From the NCBI GenBank assembly GCA_963924565.1, contig OZ004608.1:30442001-30506000 (forward strand): a stretch of 64,000 nt of DNA, given 5' to 3'. The position numbers were made by a program, and so were the translations under genes. Below, piece by piece: positions 48,832 through 62,200 of the stretch; within the stretch, counting starts at the first letter, position 1, and every line of letters starts with the position of its first letter. Source of the stretch: Ascidiella aspersa (lineage: Eukaryota). The notes beneath the pieces are model-generated. The model had not been told where the DNA came from and did no database searches. It saw only the letters and a program-made list of their open reading frames with translations.

Positions 48832-51800
48832 CACTATATATGGAAAATATTAAGAAAAAATGCATCCCATTTTAAACCAACTATAGCTGCTGTCAGACCA
48901 GGCTAAATTACGTGGCACTTTTTGCCAAGATACCTGTCGTGCAGGTGTGCGTTTAAGTCGATAAAAATTGCAATTCCAATAGGGCCGTGATGCTCTCGTT
49001 CCGAAAACAGTGCATTTGCTAAGTTTTCAAAACTTACTAAGCTCAAGAAAGAAAACAGCGAATTTGTGCCTTTGGGTGGTTCAGACAGGCAAAAATATAT
49101 AAATATTGTTGCGCATGCCCGTGCCTAATTTCTTTTAGTAAATATATATACGGAAATAAGTAAATATAAATCGCATCGAATAGATGTTTGTTCCTAGCCA
49201 AATAAAAACATTTACTTTTGCTATACGCTGCAGTCTATAAAAGTGCGCACGTTACATCAGTTCAATTTAAATTGCAACTATTCAGTCAAACAGTAAATAT
49301 TTCGAAGCCTGTAAAATTGGCTGAAATCAGTATAAATGTGATTTAGGTATGCAAAAGTGTTTGGAACAAGGCTTTTCGTATGCGGCAATACAAATTGGCT
49401 CGCGTAAAATAAACGAAAATGCAAAGTTTAGCCAAACACATTGGTGTTTGCCCCGTTACGATATGCTTTGTGAATTTCAACTTTTTGCGCAGCACAACTG
49501 TTTATGCCACTTTACACCGGCGGTGCAAACATGGCTGAAAGGCAGCCATTTTTCGTCGAAATCATTTAAGATAGAATTGCGTCAACAGTTTTTTTTTATC
49601 GGGCTCGCGATAGGAAAATGTCATTTGCAGCACGATCGACTGGAAACACGTTCTTTATTGACACTTCAAGCGTGTCGACAATTGCTTCGAGGTTTTTCAT
49701 TTGGGATCCCTTTTTAGTGAATTACTGCCAAGGCCCATCAATTCTGGTGAAGAAATAGACAGGTTTTGTTCGAAAATTGTTTTCAGTCGTAATTTGGTAT
49801 ATCCGATAATATCGGAACGGAACCAATCCCGATACCAAGTGGTACTATCGGTACTGATTCGATACCAAGTTAAGATAGGTATTTTGGATTTCACATTGTC
49901 ATGCATCCAATGCTGCAATTTTTTTCTTAAAATGGTCGATTCACCAAAAACCGTAGGTTAATAGTAGTAAAAGTGATAATTAAACTGGTTTTATAATTCT
50001 CTACATTTATGACCCACATTTTTAGCTTTAACGCCACTCCTAATACATTCGAACAGGAGCTTCATAAACCGGTTTAAAAATAAATCTAGTCAAACCGGAG
50101 CTAAACCGGACCATTTGAATTTCTCCGAACTGAAACCAGAACTTATCCGGATTTCGAAAAACCCTTGAACCCGAACCGAACTTGAACCAGAAAAGTCAAA
50201 ACGCTTCGACCCCCGGCCTAAAAACAATTCCTTCGAATATCGACATTATGGTGTAACTTGGAATCGCTTGTTTGGATTTCTTTGTTTTATTAGCTTTTTT
50301 CCCTCCGCTTTTTTATTTCTTTTGTAGCAATATTCTTCACGCGAAAGCTGTCAGAAGAATCCACCAAAGTCAAAGTATGTTCTGCACGAGTAGGCCTAGA
50401 CAGGCGCTGACTGAAATAAAAATATATTTTCTTGCTGAATGAAAAACATGTCTCTTATTCCAAACTCTTGATAACAAAAATTTATTCTTTACTAAATAAT
50501 ATTCTGTAGAGGAGTAAAAAACGAATATGAACGAAACATATTCCTTACCTTCAGCATAAAGTTCGTTGACCCATCTACGAAAAAATAACAAGAAGTATTA
50601 AAGTATGTTATTTTTCACGGTTGAACCTTAACACTAAATTTATATACTTACTGGTTTAACTGCACCATGAAGATCCATACGGAATGCCCAACGTTATCCC
50701 TAAACTAGAATGAACGAAAATATGCCGATACAAACGTTGACACACGTTTTCATATTTTTCTGAAATGCAAAAATGACCTGAAATATATACGACCTGTTAA
50801 TAAAGGTTTTTTTTTTTTATTTTAGTATTTCCTGCGTTATATTAGCTGTTTGTTCGTTGATTTTACCGTTATTGAATTCTCATAATATTGGCCCTATACC
50901 TTTGTAAAGAAAACCCTGCCTATACTCTGTACTGTTCCAAATTAATAATGCCGTTTTTTTATGTGAATCATGTAAACATACATAAAAAAATTCGCGAGCA
51001 TTATTGTAAAGCACAATTATAGACAGTCATATTTTTACTGCTCTGCACTTTATTGAAAACTCAAGCGGAAAGAAATTTTCGCAATCGTTTATCTCTTGGG
51101 AAGTTTACACCCATTCTTAGAATTGTTCCGCATCGCCGTGTTTTCAACTGTACAGCGCCAACGTCACGTTCTAACCAAGCGTGCCTCTCGTACAGTGTTA
51201 GTATGCCAGGCGTGCAGGCTCTTTTAGATATGTTCGTTGGATCAGGTTTTGCCAATTATAGCGGTAGTTCAAAACCGAGGTAGCGTCTCGAATACTTATT
51301 TATGCTGATAGATATTTTGGATCTTTTAAAATCCTAATTTCTGCTGTATTGCCGAGGTGGCCAACACGCGACTCGTTTTAACGTTCATGCTGTATTTGAG
51401 ATTTCAGAATAATGAACAAATCAATAGATAATTTCAGAAGCTTCGACAGCGTGGTGGTATTTATTTGACAAGTCTATTACTCTGAATAACAATTCACGTT
51501 AAAGTATGTCTATGGTTAATTTTGTTACTCTCCAATATTTGTAATACGTATGTGTGTGACTAAGAAAAAAAGTGATATTAATTTATGCCCACGGTGTGTG
51601 AGCCATATGGAATTTTTTGTGCACAATTTAAGTGCTATAAATAAAACAAAAACAATTCCAACATTGTGCACAGTTGAAATGCATTGTCGGATACTTGTGA
51701 CATTAAATTATCCGGGGTCACATAACCTATTAAAAGACGATGAAGACCACTAATCTATAGCATTTGGTAGTTTCGAAACTATTTTAGTATAACCTGTTTA

Positions 51801-53256
51801 AAATATAGCATTTGTTTGATGGAATCTTGTTTGACAAAACAGTCGCATAGTTTCAAGACATTTTCAGGTTAAAAAAACATTATTTTGACCATTTAGCAAA
51901 ATTTGTACGGGGGCATAATTAAGTGTACCGTATTAAAAGTTATAAAATAAACGATATTTGCTGCTTTAAACCGCTAAATTACAACTTTAATCAAAATTGC
52001 TGAGTGAATGGAGGACAATTTAATGTGAATAATGCACAAATTTTGAGAAACACAATAGTGTGTTCACCCAAGGCAAGGTATTGGGATTTGACATATTTAC
52101 CATACTGACAAAAATCGAACAAGAAACAAAAAAAACATGGCATATAAAAATAAAAAACAAATCGATTGAATAACTGGCGTAAAAATAGGGATGCAGGCAA
52201 GAATGAGCAAAACAACGCCGTTTTCATTTTTCTAACGTATTTTTTCTTTTTTTCACGCCTATTAAACCTATTCCTTGCACCTCTTTTTATGCTTTTAAAC
52301 CTGGTGTGGGCAGTCATTTTTGAAAGCAGGATGCATGACAAAGAAAAAATTTCTTGGTTGGCCGAATAACAAAGTCGATCTAAAACACAAAGAATACCTT
52401 GTGTAATTCGTTTTAAAATTATGCTTTAAATATCGTTGTTTTGACAGGCTGGTAAGAGTAGCAGTAGGTTCTATACGTAGAAGTAGGTAGGATGCCTTAC
52501 AAATGTAATGCTTCTAATAAAATATTGTGACATTTTATTGAAAATGAGCCATGGGACGGATTATATTGCTTGGCGGGCTGAATCCGGCCCGCGGCCGTGG
52601 TTAGTCCAGGTATGTTTTAAACTGCATACTCGCATATAAACAAACTTCGCGAAATCTGTCTCGACTAATTTTCGTGACGTATTTAGTTTGGTGAAACAGC
52701 ACCCGGCCATTTTTTACAGTAAGACCTTTTTGCCCGCTTCGGTGTTCTAATGCAAATTACACATTTAATTGTGTGTTAAATACTCTGTTTATCAGTTAAC
52801 AAAGTGTAAACAGTTTTTTACTCGTTTGTTGGCTAAAACTTCTAAAAATGTTTGAAGATTTATTAACACTTTATTATTTATGCTAATTGTTATCATATAA
52901 AAGTGATCATCTTGTTAAACAAGTTGAAGAGGTGTTAATAACGGTACATTATCACGTCTGGAAAACAAGACCCTTGACCTTCGGTCGTTTGTTTTGCTTG
53001 TTTGGAAGGTTCGAGCAAACAATCTTTTTTCGTCTCTGGTACGGCCAGGTATGCCTCTGCGGCATTTGACGGTCTGCAGAGGAAAAAAGGCGGCGCAGCG
53101 AAAAGGCGCGCGTTCAAACAAACAGAATACCTTTTCTCCTTTTCTTTGCATTAAAAAACAACTTACAGCGCTTTACTGCAGTGCTTCATCTTAGGACGAC
53201 CTACACTCTCCTCTTGAATCTCTGCCATGGCGAACTAGAATACAAGCGTCGCAATA

Positions 53257-56200
53257 ATGAAGGTGATTTGCGCCGGAGCGCCCAAAACTGGCACCAAATC
53301 GATAGCGAAGGCGCTGAGAATTTTGGGATACGATCAAGGTAGGCGTTTATGATTTATATGTTATCTCTAACTTGCCAAATTTCAGGCTAATTTGACGTTC
53401 TGCGAGGTGCGACGTTTCTCTACACAAATTAATGGAACCGAGAGCCAGTACTTAATTATGTTGCCTAATCAACTGCTATTTCCCCACGCGAATGTGTAAA
53501 TTATTATTTAATCGGGCCTATACGCTTTGCCTATTTAACCCTGACAGCAATATCTAGCCCAGCGGTTCTCAACCAGTGGGCCATAAGAACATTTGAAGTA
53601 GGCCACAGACCAATTTATAAAAGCTAGATTTTGTTTCATTTGTGTCACTATATTTAATTTTACAGAATTAATGACTTGCGGACGATTTAAAAAGGAATGT
53701 AAATTTATTGTTCAGCCGCAAGTATCCACGATTGAATAATTAACCTGTTTTGAAATACGTTCTACTGTGTTTTGTTCTAAACCTATTTTGGAGTTTTTTT
53801 TCATAAAAAATTATTGGGCCACAGAATTTTTTTGCAACGTAAATGGGTCACGAAAAAAAAAGGTTGAGAACCACTGATCTAGCCCAACTAATCTTGCTGG
53901 AAGAAGTTCTAGCAATGAAAACCGTACACGGCAGCTAGTTAGCTATTGCTCATTTGGCATATCAATATTCGGCTATAGGGCTAGACAAATGTAAATACCG
54001 TGGTTTTTCTGTAGCCCATGACCCCTGCATGTGTTGAGGAATGTGACATCGTTTAGTTTGTAGCAGTAATTTGGTGTTTTAGTTAAATGCGCTAATCTTA
54101 GCCCGCCAAATCCCCAACAGGACTCAAATCCTAAACGTGCACATTGTGCACTTGCGATATGTACGCGAACCAAAATGTGCACATTGTGTGCACAACGTGC
54201 ACTTGCGATATGTGGCCATAAAGTGCATATTGTACTATCGCTCAACGTACAATTTACAATGTATCAGTGCACGTTATACAGTAAAATAAATGACTTCATA
54301 TTAAACGATTTTTCCGATGATGTTTATTGTATTGAGAAGATCAAGTAATGCATGTTATCTTTCGTGCAATTCTTTTTATTATTATATATTTTTTAATTGC
54401 GTCCCAATTCTATAGATTTCCGATTATATGGGGTAAATTTACTAAATAAATAAGTTAGCAACTGGAGGTAACTAAACCTGCAAATTTAGCCGTAAAAATA
54501 GTTTTAAATGTTCATAACTTTTATCTAGTCTGCTTATGTGGTAATGGTTATGACGTCATTGGGTATCGGATTGTGGTACTTTTTGTCCACGATATTGGTT
54601 ATCGAAATAAAATGTCAAGTTTTGTGCACCCCTACCCAATTGCATGTTGATAGGACCTTTAAACGAAAGGCAACACTTCTTTTATGGAAAATTTATGTTT
54701 GACCATTTTTAATCTAATTCAAGTGAAATATTGCATTGTTTGTTTTTTAAATGACCAATGACTCCTAAAAACAACTTTCGTAATTCGTTGATAGACCTCT
54801 CTGATTCACTGCATATAAAAATATACGAGCATTTTTCTTTATTATGAAATACATTTAAAATGAGTGATTGTACAACGTTAAGTCAGGCCATAATTCCGTA
54901 AATTTAAAAAAACTTGAACACAAAAGTTTATTTTACAAAACCAGAAAATTGAAGGCGTCGCGGCACGCATATAGCACAAAAACAATTAAGGGAACAAAAA
55001 ATACTGACTACAGGGCGAAAACCAGTCGTAAGATAAAAAGTTGGAAATGGTCGAATAGAAATTTTTTAAACGGAAAGCGCAATCTAAACTGCAGTAGCAA
55101 TATTTGCGAAATACTTTAAGTAAGATTATAAACGAAATACTATTGATAGATAGATAATATGAAAATGCGACAGAAAAAAAATAACGTTAACCTCAAATCA
55201 CAAAGGGAAATGGAATTATAGTAAAAATAAATTAAAGATGAACAAAAAATGAAAGGCTATCGCAATAAAAACAATAAAAATCAACTACACTGAAGGATAA
55301 TTGAAGACGAACGTAGAAAAATGCTACAGAAACATAAAAAAAAATATGTAATGTTAAATATGTAATACAGAGAAAAAAATAATTACTGAAAATAAAAAGT
55401 AAAGGCATACATTTATGCATCATCCAAAAAGATAAAGAATCAAACACACACTAGACAACGTTTCCAGCTTTCGTTTGCAATTTTTTCCACATTAATTAAT
55501 TGCAAATTGCAAACCTATTTTTTGGCACGTTAGCATAAAAACTCTTGAATGTATTCATTTTCCCTTTCACCAAATACTTCGAGCAATCAATGCTTGCTTA
55601 ACAGCCCTACAGGCATGGGCGCCCGCACGGGGGGGGGGGGGGCACTTGCCCCCCCCCTGGAATTTCAAAATGCGATTATTAGTATTATTTATAAGTGTAA
55701 TATGTTAAAAATTATACATTATTCATTGACCCCAGTGGCGTATCCAGGGGGCAGGAGTTCTTACCCCCTTTTTGTAAGTGATATTATCGTTTTCTGTTCG
55801 TTGTTGTCATGGTTTAACAAATTCTTCGAAGCGGCGTGCTTTTTAAGCAATTGGGTCACGCGTCTTAATCTAATGCGAAACCAAATTCGAGTGCAAAACG
55901 CCGTTTTTCTTCTTTTGTTTGGTCGACCGTAAACGCTGGAAGTTTTTCTCTTTTGTGATTTGTTTAGGTTGACTGATCAGCAGGGTGTATTCGACAATTG
56001 ATAACGCTAAGTCAAACCTTCTTTCTTTTTTTCTCGCTAAAAACGTCGAGTTATACGCAGTATGTTCCTCGCCGTTCGATCTCTGCGCTAATATCCGATG
56101 TTGGTGTAACATCGACATTTGTTTAACTGAAGCAGTTTCTTAAAAGGAGGTATAATGGTGACTGTCGTGCGCGTTTCAAAATCTCCATTTTTAAGTAATG

Positions 56201-59200
56201 ATGATTAACGCAAAATTGTGCTCTTTAAGCATACTACAAGACCATGTGCTAAGTGTGCAATGGACACAACTTATTTCCCCTCAACCGCAGCTTGTAATTT
56301 AGCTGACTTGGCACACAGCTCGGCGCAGATGTTGCGCTAATCGTGGCATAATAACACCCGGAAAAAACGATCTTCGTTTAGTATTGCAGGTGGTGAACGA
56401 CGTGCTTGTAATTTAGCGCTCGTTCCGTTCATGGAAATTGAAAACTGCGCTGCTGATAGTCGAATTATGTGTGATTCTACCACAATTAAACACACATATT
56501 TCACGGTTTTGGTTTTTTTGTTTGCCTGAAGTTAACGATTGCACACCGTGATTTCGCAGCTGGCGCCTGACAGGATTGTCGACGACGCACGTGGTCGCTT
56601 TTGCTGGACGTATTTGGCTGTTTGTGATTAGTTTTTTGATCACGTCTTGCAATCACCAGTCTATGACGTCATACTGTCACTGTTTTATGACGTCATTATT
56701 CATTAACGTAAGACGAAACATAGGGGAATTCCCTAAGTTGAATATTCAGGACCCCCCTTTTTGATTTTCTGGTTACGCCCCTGATTGCCCCCCCCTGGAA
56801 AATTTTCTGCGGGCGCCCCTGCCTGCAGGTGACATTATCTGACGAGGCATGACATAGCATTGCGATTTTACATTCAAATATTTCCTTTCGTGTTTGTAAA
56901 TATATAGGCTATTTCAGAATTTATCATACAATTTTAAGTAACAAAAAATCACATTGTGTGCACAATGTGCACATTTTGGTTTTGAGTCCGTCTCCAAATC
57001 CCCCTGTAAAGCAAACCGTTTGACCACAATACTATAGCCGTTTCTCCCTATCGTTTTATTTATTTACGTGAAAGCATAATCCGCCAGCCTCGGTTAAGCA
57101 CGCGTTAATCGAATTGTTTGCCGTTAATGATCATATTGTAAATACAAATCTGTGCATATAGGTAGGATTCGGCGACGAGCCTATTCCGCAATTTGCTGTA
57201 TCAAACAGCATTTGGGTAATTTAGCGTTTCGTTTGTAGAGGCGTTCAACCGCCTATATATAATAGCTTCTTTGGAACGGAAGTCGAATAATAACAGGTAA
57301 ATGTTTCCAAAACAACAATGCCGGGCAAAATTGTATTTTCATGACAGGCCGGATCCGCTTTGTTTTGTGTTTTTTGACCTGAATGAAATGTCTCATGCGC
57401 GATTCATTGCTTACATCACAGGGCAAAAGGATGTAAATTGGGATTCGCAACAATGTACGAGATGCGGAAAACTTCGCTTTGTATGGTTTGGGATGCCATA
57501 ATGCGGCGGCCGAGCAACTTTAGGACATAACAGTCAATTAAAAAACTAAACAAAACTTTTAAATATATCATCCCAAAACTTACACGGTAAAAAAATGTGT
57601 TGCCGATACCGAGTGCGCAGCAAGGCAAGTTTATCACATATATTTATAGTACATTAAACGTACAACGCTATAAGTTCTATATGAAGCCACATAAACTATA
57701 TGAAGCCACATAAACACTTAAAATGTTCTTGATACATATTTATAAGGTCCAATATATGCTTTGTCCGCGCAAAACAATTCAAAACAAGCTTTCTGATATA
57801 ATTACTTAAAATTGTATAATGGGATGAGGTACGAAATAAATCATTTATCTTCCATTACAGCACATTTTCGTTTTGGGGTCATATCTTTAAAGAAACTACT
57901 GACTTCAGATTACTCGCTATAATTGTTACCTCTGCTGACACAAAGATAATAAACTAAACAATCAATATGGGTATAATAAATGTAGAGAAAAAGGTGTCAA
58001 CATTTGTTTTAGTGATACGCATATTTCGGATTGTTAGTAAACTATTCAAATAGATTATAAGCCTTTAGATAAGAGAGTGATGGAAAACAACAAAACTCAA
58101 AAATTTGAAAACCCGAGTGAAACCAGGATCAGATATTTTTTGAAGGAATATATTTTTCGCCTATACCGGCATCGTCAGGTCATATAAGTAAAATACGCAT
58201 ACATAGCGAAGTAATAATTAAATTGATAAATAAAGTCGAAAACGTATAAAAGCTAATGGAATGGATGTTTCTCAATCGACATTCTAAATATCCGGGATTT
58301 TTATCGGTAAACCCATAACGATCACGTTTGTAGAGCCGAGTATTAGTCAATGAATCCGTCCCAGTTGTCTCTATAGGCGGCAATATGAGCATCAGCGAAT
58401 AATGACCAGTTAAACATTAACACTTTTGTTACTGAATAAATGAGGCGAAATGAGTTTGTCATGGGACTGCCCTCGTTTTTATTTTTAGTATTTCACGTTG
58501 TGGCGTAATTGCTGTTGTTGATGTCAGGTCGATTGTGATACTGCAAGCTTCACTCTTGCCTAGGCATGACATCAGAGTATGGACATCTGCATAAATCTCG
58601 ATATTGCGCAATATGACGAAATCACTCAAACGTCAGACAATCAATCGGGGATATCATAGTTTTTACGCATAATATTGAAGTAACCTTCACACTGTACTAA
58701 AAATGCTGGGTGAGGTCATTTTGGTAAGATATTCATAGGATAAAATTATTAAGAAAAAGCAACATCAGCCTTTTTCTTTAGTTGTTCAATATTTAGGTAA
58801 TCTTTATCCTTAATTACCTCGTAAGACTTAATCTTATAAGCTTTCTGAACAAATTGAAAATTTTTTTGATTTCATTCCTAATCGTTTTTATCATTAGTTT
58901 ACAAAGGATTGGATAATATGTTTTGTTTAACACTCAATGAAATACCAGGCCTTGCCCAGGTATAATAGATTATTTACTAGTTTAATTCTAAATGGTAAAA
59001 GCCTAATGTTGTACCGTCTATGTACATTGAATACTCTTGCCATAAGCGCGATAATTAGCGAACTAAACCTGAAGCTTGCGAAGGTAAACAAAGTGAAGCA
59101 ATCCGACATGCTTTAGGCTCTTTATACCTATTGGAAATTACGTTGTACCATGTCCGTGTAAATAAGCTAGCCTCTTGAAAATTTGTTTGATTTGAGGCTG

Positions 59201-62200
59201 ACCATGTCTATGAAAGACGAATGTGGCAATTTACATGTAACCCGTGACCGGCTAAAAGTTAAAATTGCTACGAATATTTTTTATCATTGCTCCGTCTTTC
59301 TCTCATAAAAAGCAACTCCCTTTATTCTGTCTGAGTAAATGGGATTTTTTTTCTATATTATCGTATTGCAGCACGTCTTGCATCAGACGAAACACTGTGC
59401 GCGACGTGTTCGGCACGTTGCTCTGTCTCTCTCTTGTTATATATGAACGTATGGCGGCCGGCGGACAAACCAAGCCCAATATTATAGTTAGAGATTCGTA
59501 GTACGTTAGTTAAAACTTTCTACTCTAGGAATGTGATGGTTCATTCACCCAGGTAACAAAAATTATATTCCGCTTACACGGGCTTATCAACAGTTAGTTC
59601 AATCGCGATTTAATGTCGTTATTTTTTGTCAGAATGTGAAGGCTCCGTCTGTATATAAGTACCACTCTTTAAGTAGCTTTTACACAGTTAGTAAAATAGT
59701 CAATCTTTCCCACGCAGTGTTTGACTTCGAAGAGGCCATAGAGTTTGCTTTCGACCAATGGGAAGAGGTCTTTAAAGGTCAGCAACCCAACCTTGACCGG
59801 GTTTTGGACGAGGTTTACTCGAAAAACGTGGAGGCCGTGGTGGACACACCGCACTCGTATTTCTTTGACAAGTTTTTGGAACGATGGCCCAAAGCGAAGG
59901 TAATACGGCGAATTGACCTGCACGAAATATGTACCAGTGAAGTTTTTTGCGTTTTGCACTATTTTAGCATCTGAAATCTACGTATAATATATATGGGCTA
60001 CCAGTCGAGACAAACAGCCACATTTTTTACTTGGTTAACCGCAAGAGCCACACATTTTACAGGGGCAGAAATTAGTATCACACTATTTTACCTCATTAAA
60101 ACAAATAACTTTGCTGCGCTAGATTTATTATAGATGTTGTAGATTAGTAATATTGCGTATAATACTTTAAAGCGATTTTTTATTCCTAGTACCCTGCTTC
60201 GAACAAAATGGTAAGCTGTCAACGTTTCTTGAATCATTTAAACTTTTTCTACAAAATAAAATTTGAGGAGGGTTTGAATCCGTAATTTTGTTTTGAGAGG
60301 TCATGGCAAAAACGTGACGCCATAAAATAGGATTCATGCGAAAGGTTTTAAGCCACCCATGTGTTTAGCCACTTCTGTACGTAGGTGTAAGAAAAGAAAT
60401 TCTAAGTATGCGGATCTAGAATTACGCCCTATCAAGCTAGTGCACGAAACATTTCGTACGCTGTTATGTCTTAACGTCCCCTTAATATGCCCCTAGGTAT
60501 AAAATTAATGTAGAACAACGCACAAACATCTTCAAATATTTTAAAATTTTATAGTTCAGGACTCTGCGACACGTTACAAGAAGCATATTGCTGGATTAAT
60601 ATCACTAACAATTAAACGACACCTTGCAAAATTATATTCTCTATTTTAAACGGTTTTATACTTCCAAGTTAAATTTTATTTTATTTTGAAGCTAAATTGT
60701 AACCCCGCCTGGTATTTTAGTTTACTACTTCAACCTAAAATGTAAAGAACAGTGCCACAAGCTGGATGCTCGTATAGCAGAAACGCGATTATCTGTAACA
60801 AAGCATCTAAATCAGTTCACGGAGAAGAACTCTGCCAGAATAAAACCCACAACTCTTCATCTAGATTTCTCCGAATATCTGTTCTTTTTTAGGCCGCATA
60901 TTCCTTTGCAGGCGTTATTCTGATTATAAAGTCGTTTTATTTTTATGTTGTTCGATTGCGTAGATTAGCCTTCGTATATAAATATTGGTTGGTAAATAGG
61001 ATGCCTCTGATATTTCTTAACTTTATAATTACTCTTGTTTAGATTAGTATTGTGTTTTTTTCACAATCAGTTGAATGTTCTGAGAAAATTAAAATCTTTC
61101 ATACCTGACAGGGATGCGTTATCCAGAAATTAAAAATACAATAAATCGGTTCAATTAATCTTTAAAATGCTATTTTAATCTGGTCTTCATGTTTATGTGT
61201 GTGTGTCCATGTTTATATAAATTATGTTTCCTTCTCCTAAAATGTAAAACAAGAAAGTTTTTACGTGCGCATCTCTAAAACGTTAGCTTAAGTTGTCTGT
61301 CCGGTATAGGCTTTTGTTTTTAGTGTAGTCAATTCGGAGGAAAGAGTAGGACCAAGTGGCTCTTTGATTGTTTGCTTGCCGACACATTGTGCAGATGCAT
61401 GTGCGGTGAACAGGAATGCGGCCCTGCTAAACTCGCGGTCTGGCCATACAGTAGCTCGATAGCCCGGGGTGCTGGGCGCTAACCTTTGTACACCGTACAT
61501 CGCTTGAACATCATTGACACTTGGTTAAATTGTTTGCCGAATGAACGGCCCGCGTGTCTATGTCTAGTCTGGTTCTCAAAAGAAGACGTCATCACAAGCA
61601 TCCAATCGGAAAGAAGTACGATCATGTGTCGGCTCACGTAGTTACCCGTATAGTCATAGCAACTTCGTTCGTGATGTAACAGGCCGGTAAAGTATTTAAG
61701 GAAAGTATTTTTTGCGCGTATAAGGCCTAACCAACAAACCAAAATAGGTGGCAGAGACCGATCTTAAAATAAATTGCGGATAATTAGCCATACGGGTAAA
61801 CTTATAGGGTGTCATTTTGACAATGTATAACATACAAAAGTTGGCATTTTATTTTATTGAGACACATCGATACGTTATTCTTGTTTGCGTTTTTCATATA
61901 TAATTGCAGGCGACAATATGAGAAGGTAAATAAAAATAACAACAATAAAATGTTACTTCATCACACGCCCCTCGAAGTTGTTACACGAAAATCGACCCAC
62001 AAATATTGTTTTGCATCGTGGGGTACGTAAGTTTGCATTATTCGGAAATTTGCGCTACAATATCACTCCCGAACGTTAAACAAATGCCAAATTTACAGTC
62101 ACGGAACGGAAGTTACCATACCGCCTTATACTAAAGCAATTTAAAAATGAGCGACATCATATTAAACAGAATTGCTGCTTTTATTCTACATAGTTTTGTA

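Larger units (their letters stand above)
54116..56993. mobile_element. Foldback/MULE-like non-autonomous element with a 10-bp TSD, host to nested MITEs
   Basis: Inverted ends GGACTCAAA...CCAAAATGTGCACATTGTG / CACAATGTGCACATTTTGGTTTTGAGTCC. Flanking direct repeat CCAAATCCCC at 54106-54115 and 56994-57003. Confidence 0.75.

Noticed and set aside
46507-53200. Short ORFs in the S2-S3 intergenic region
   Set aside because: No protein motifs or consistent splice pattern; mostly decayed MITE fragments.
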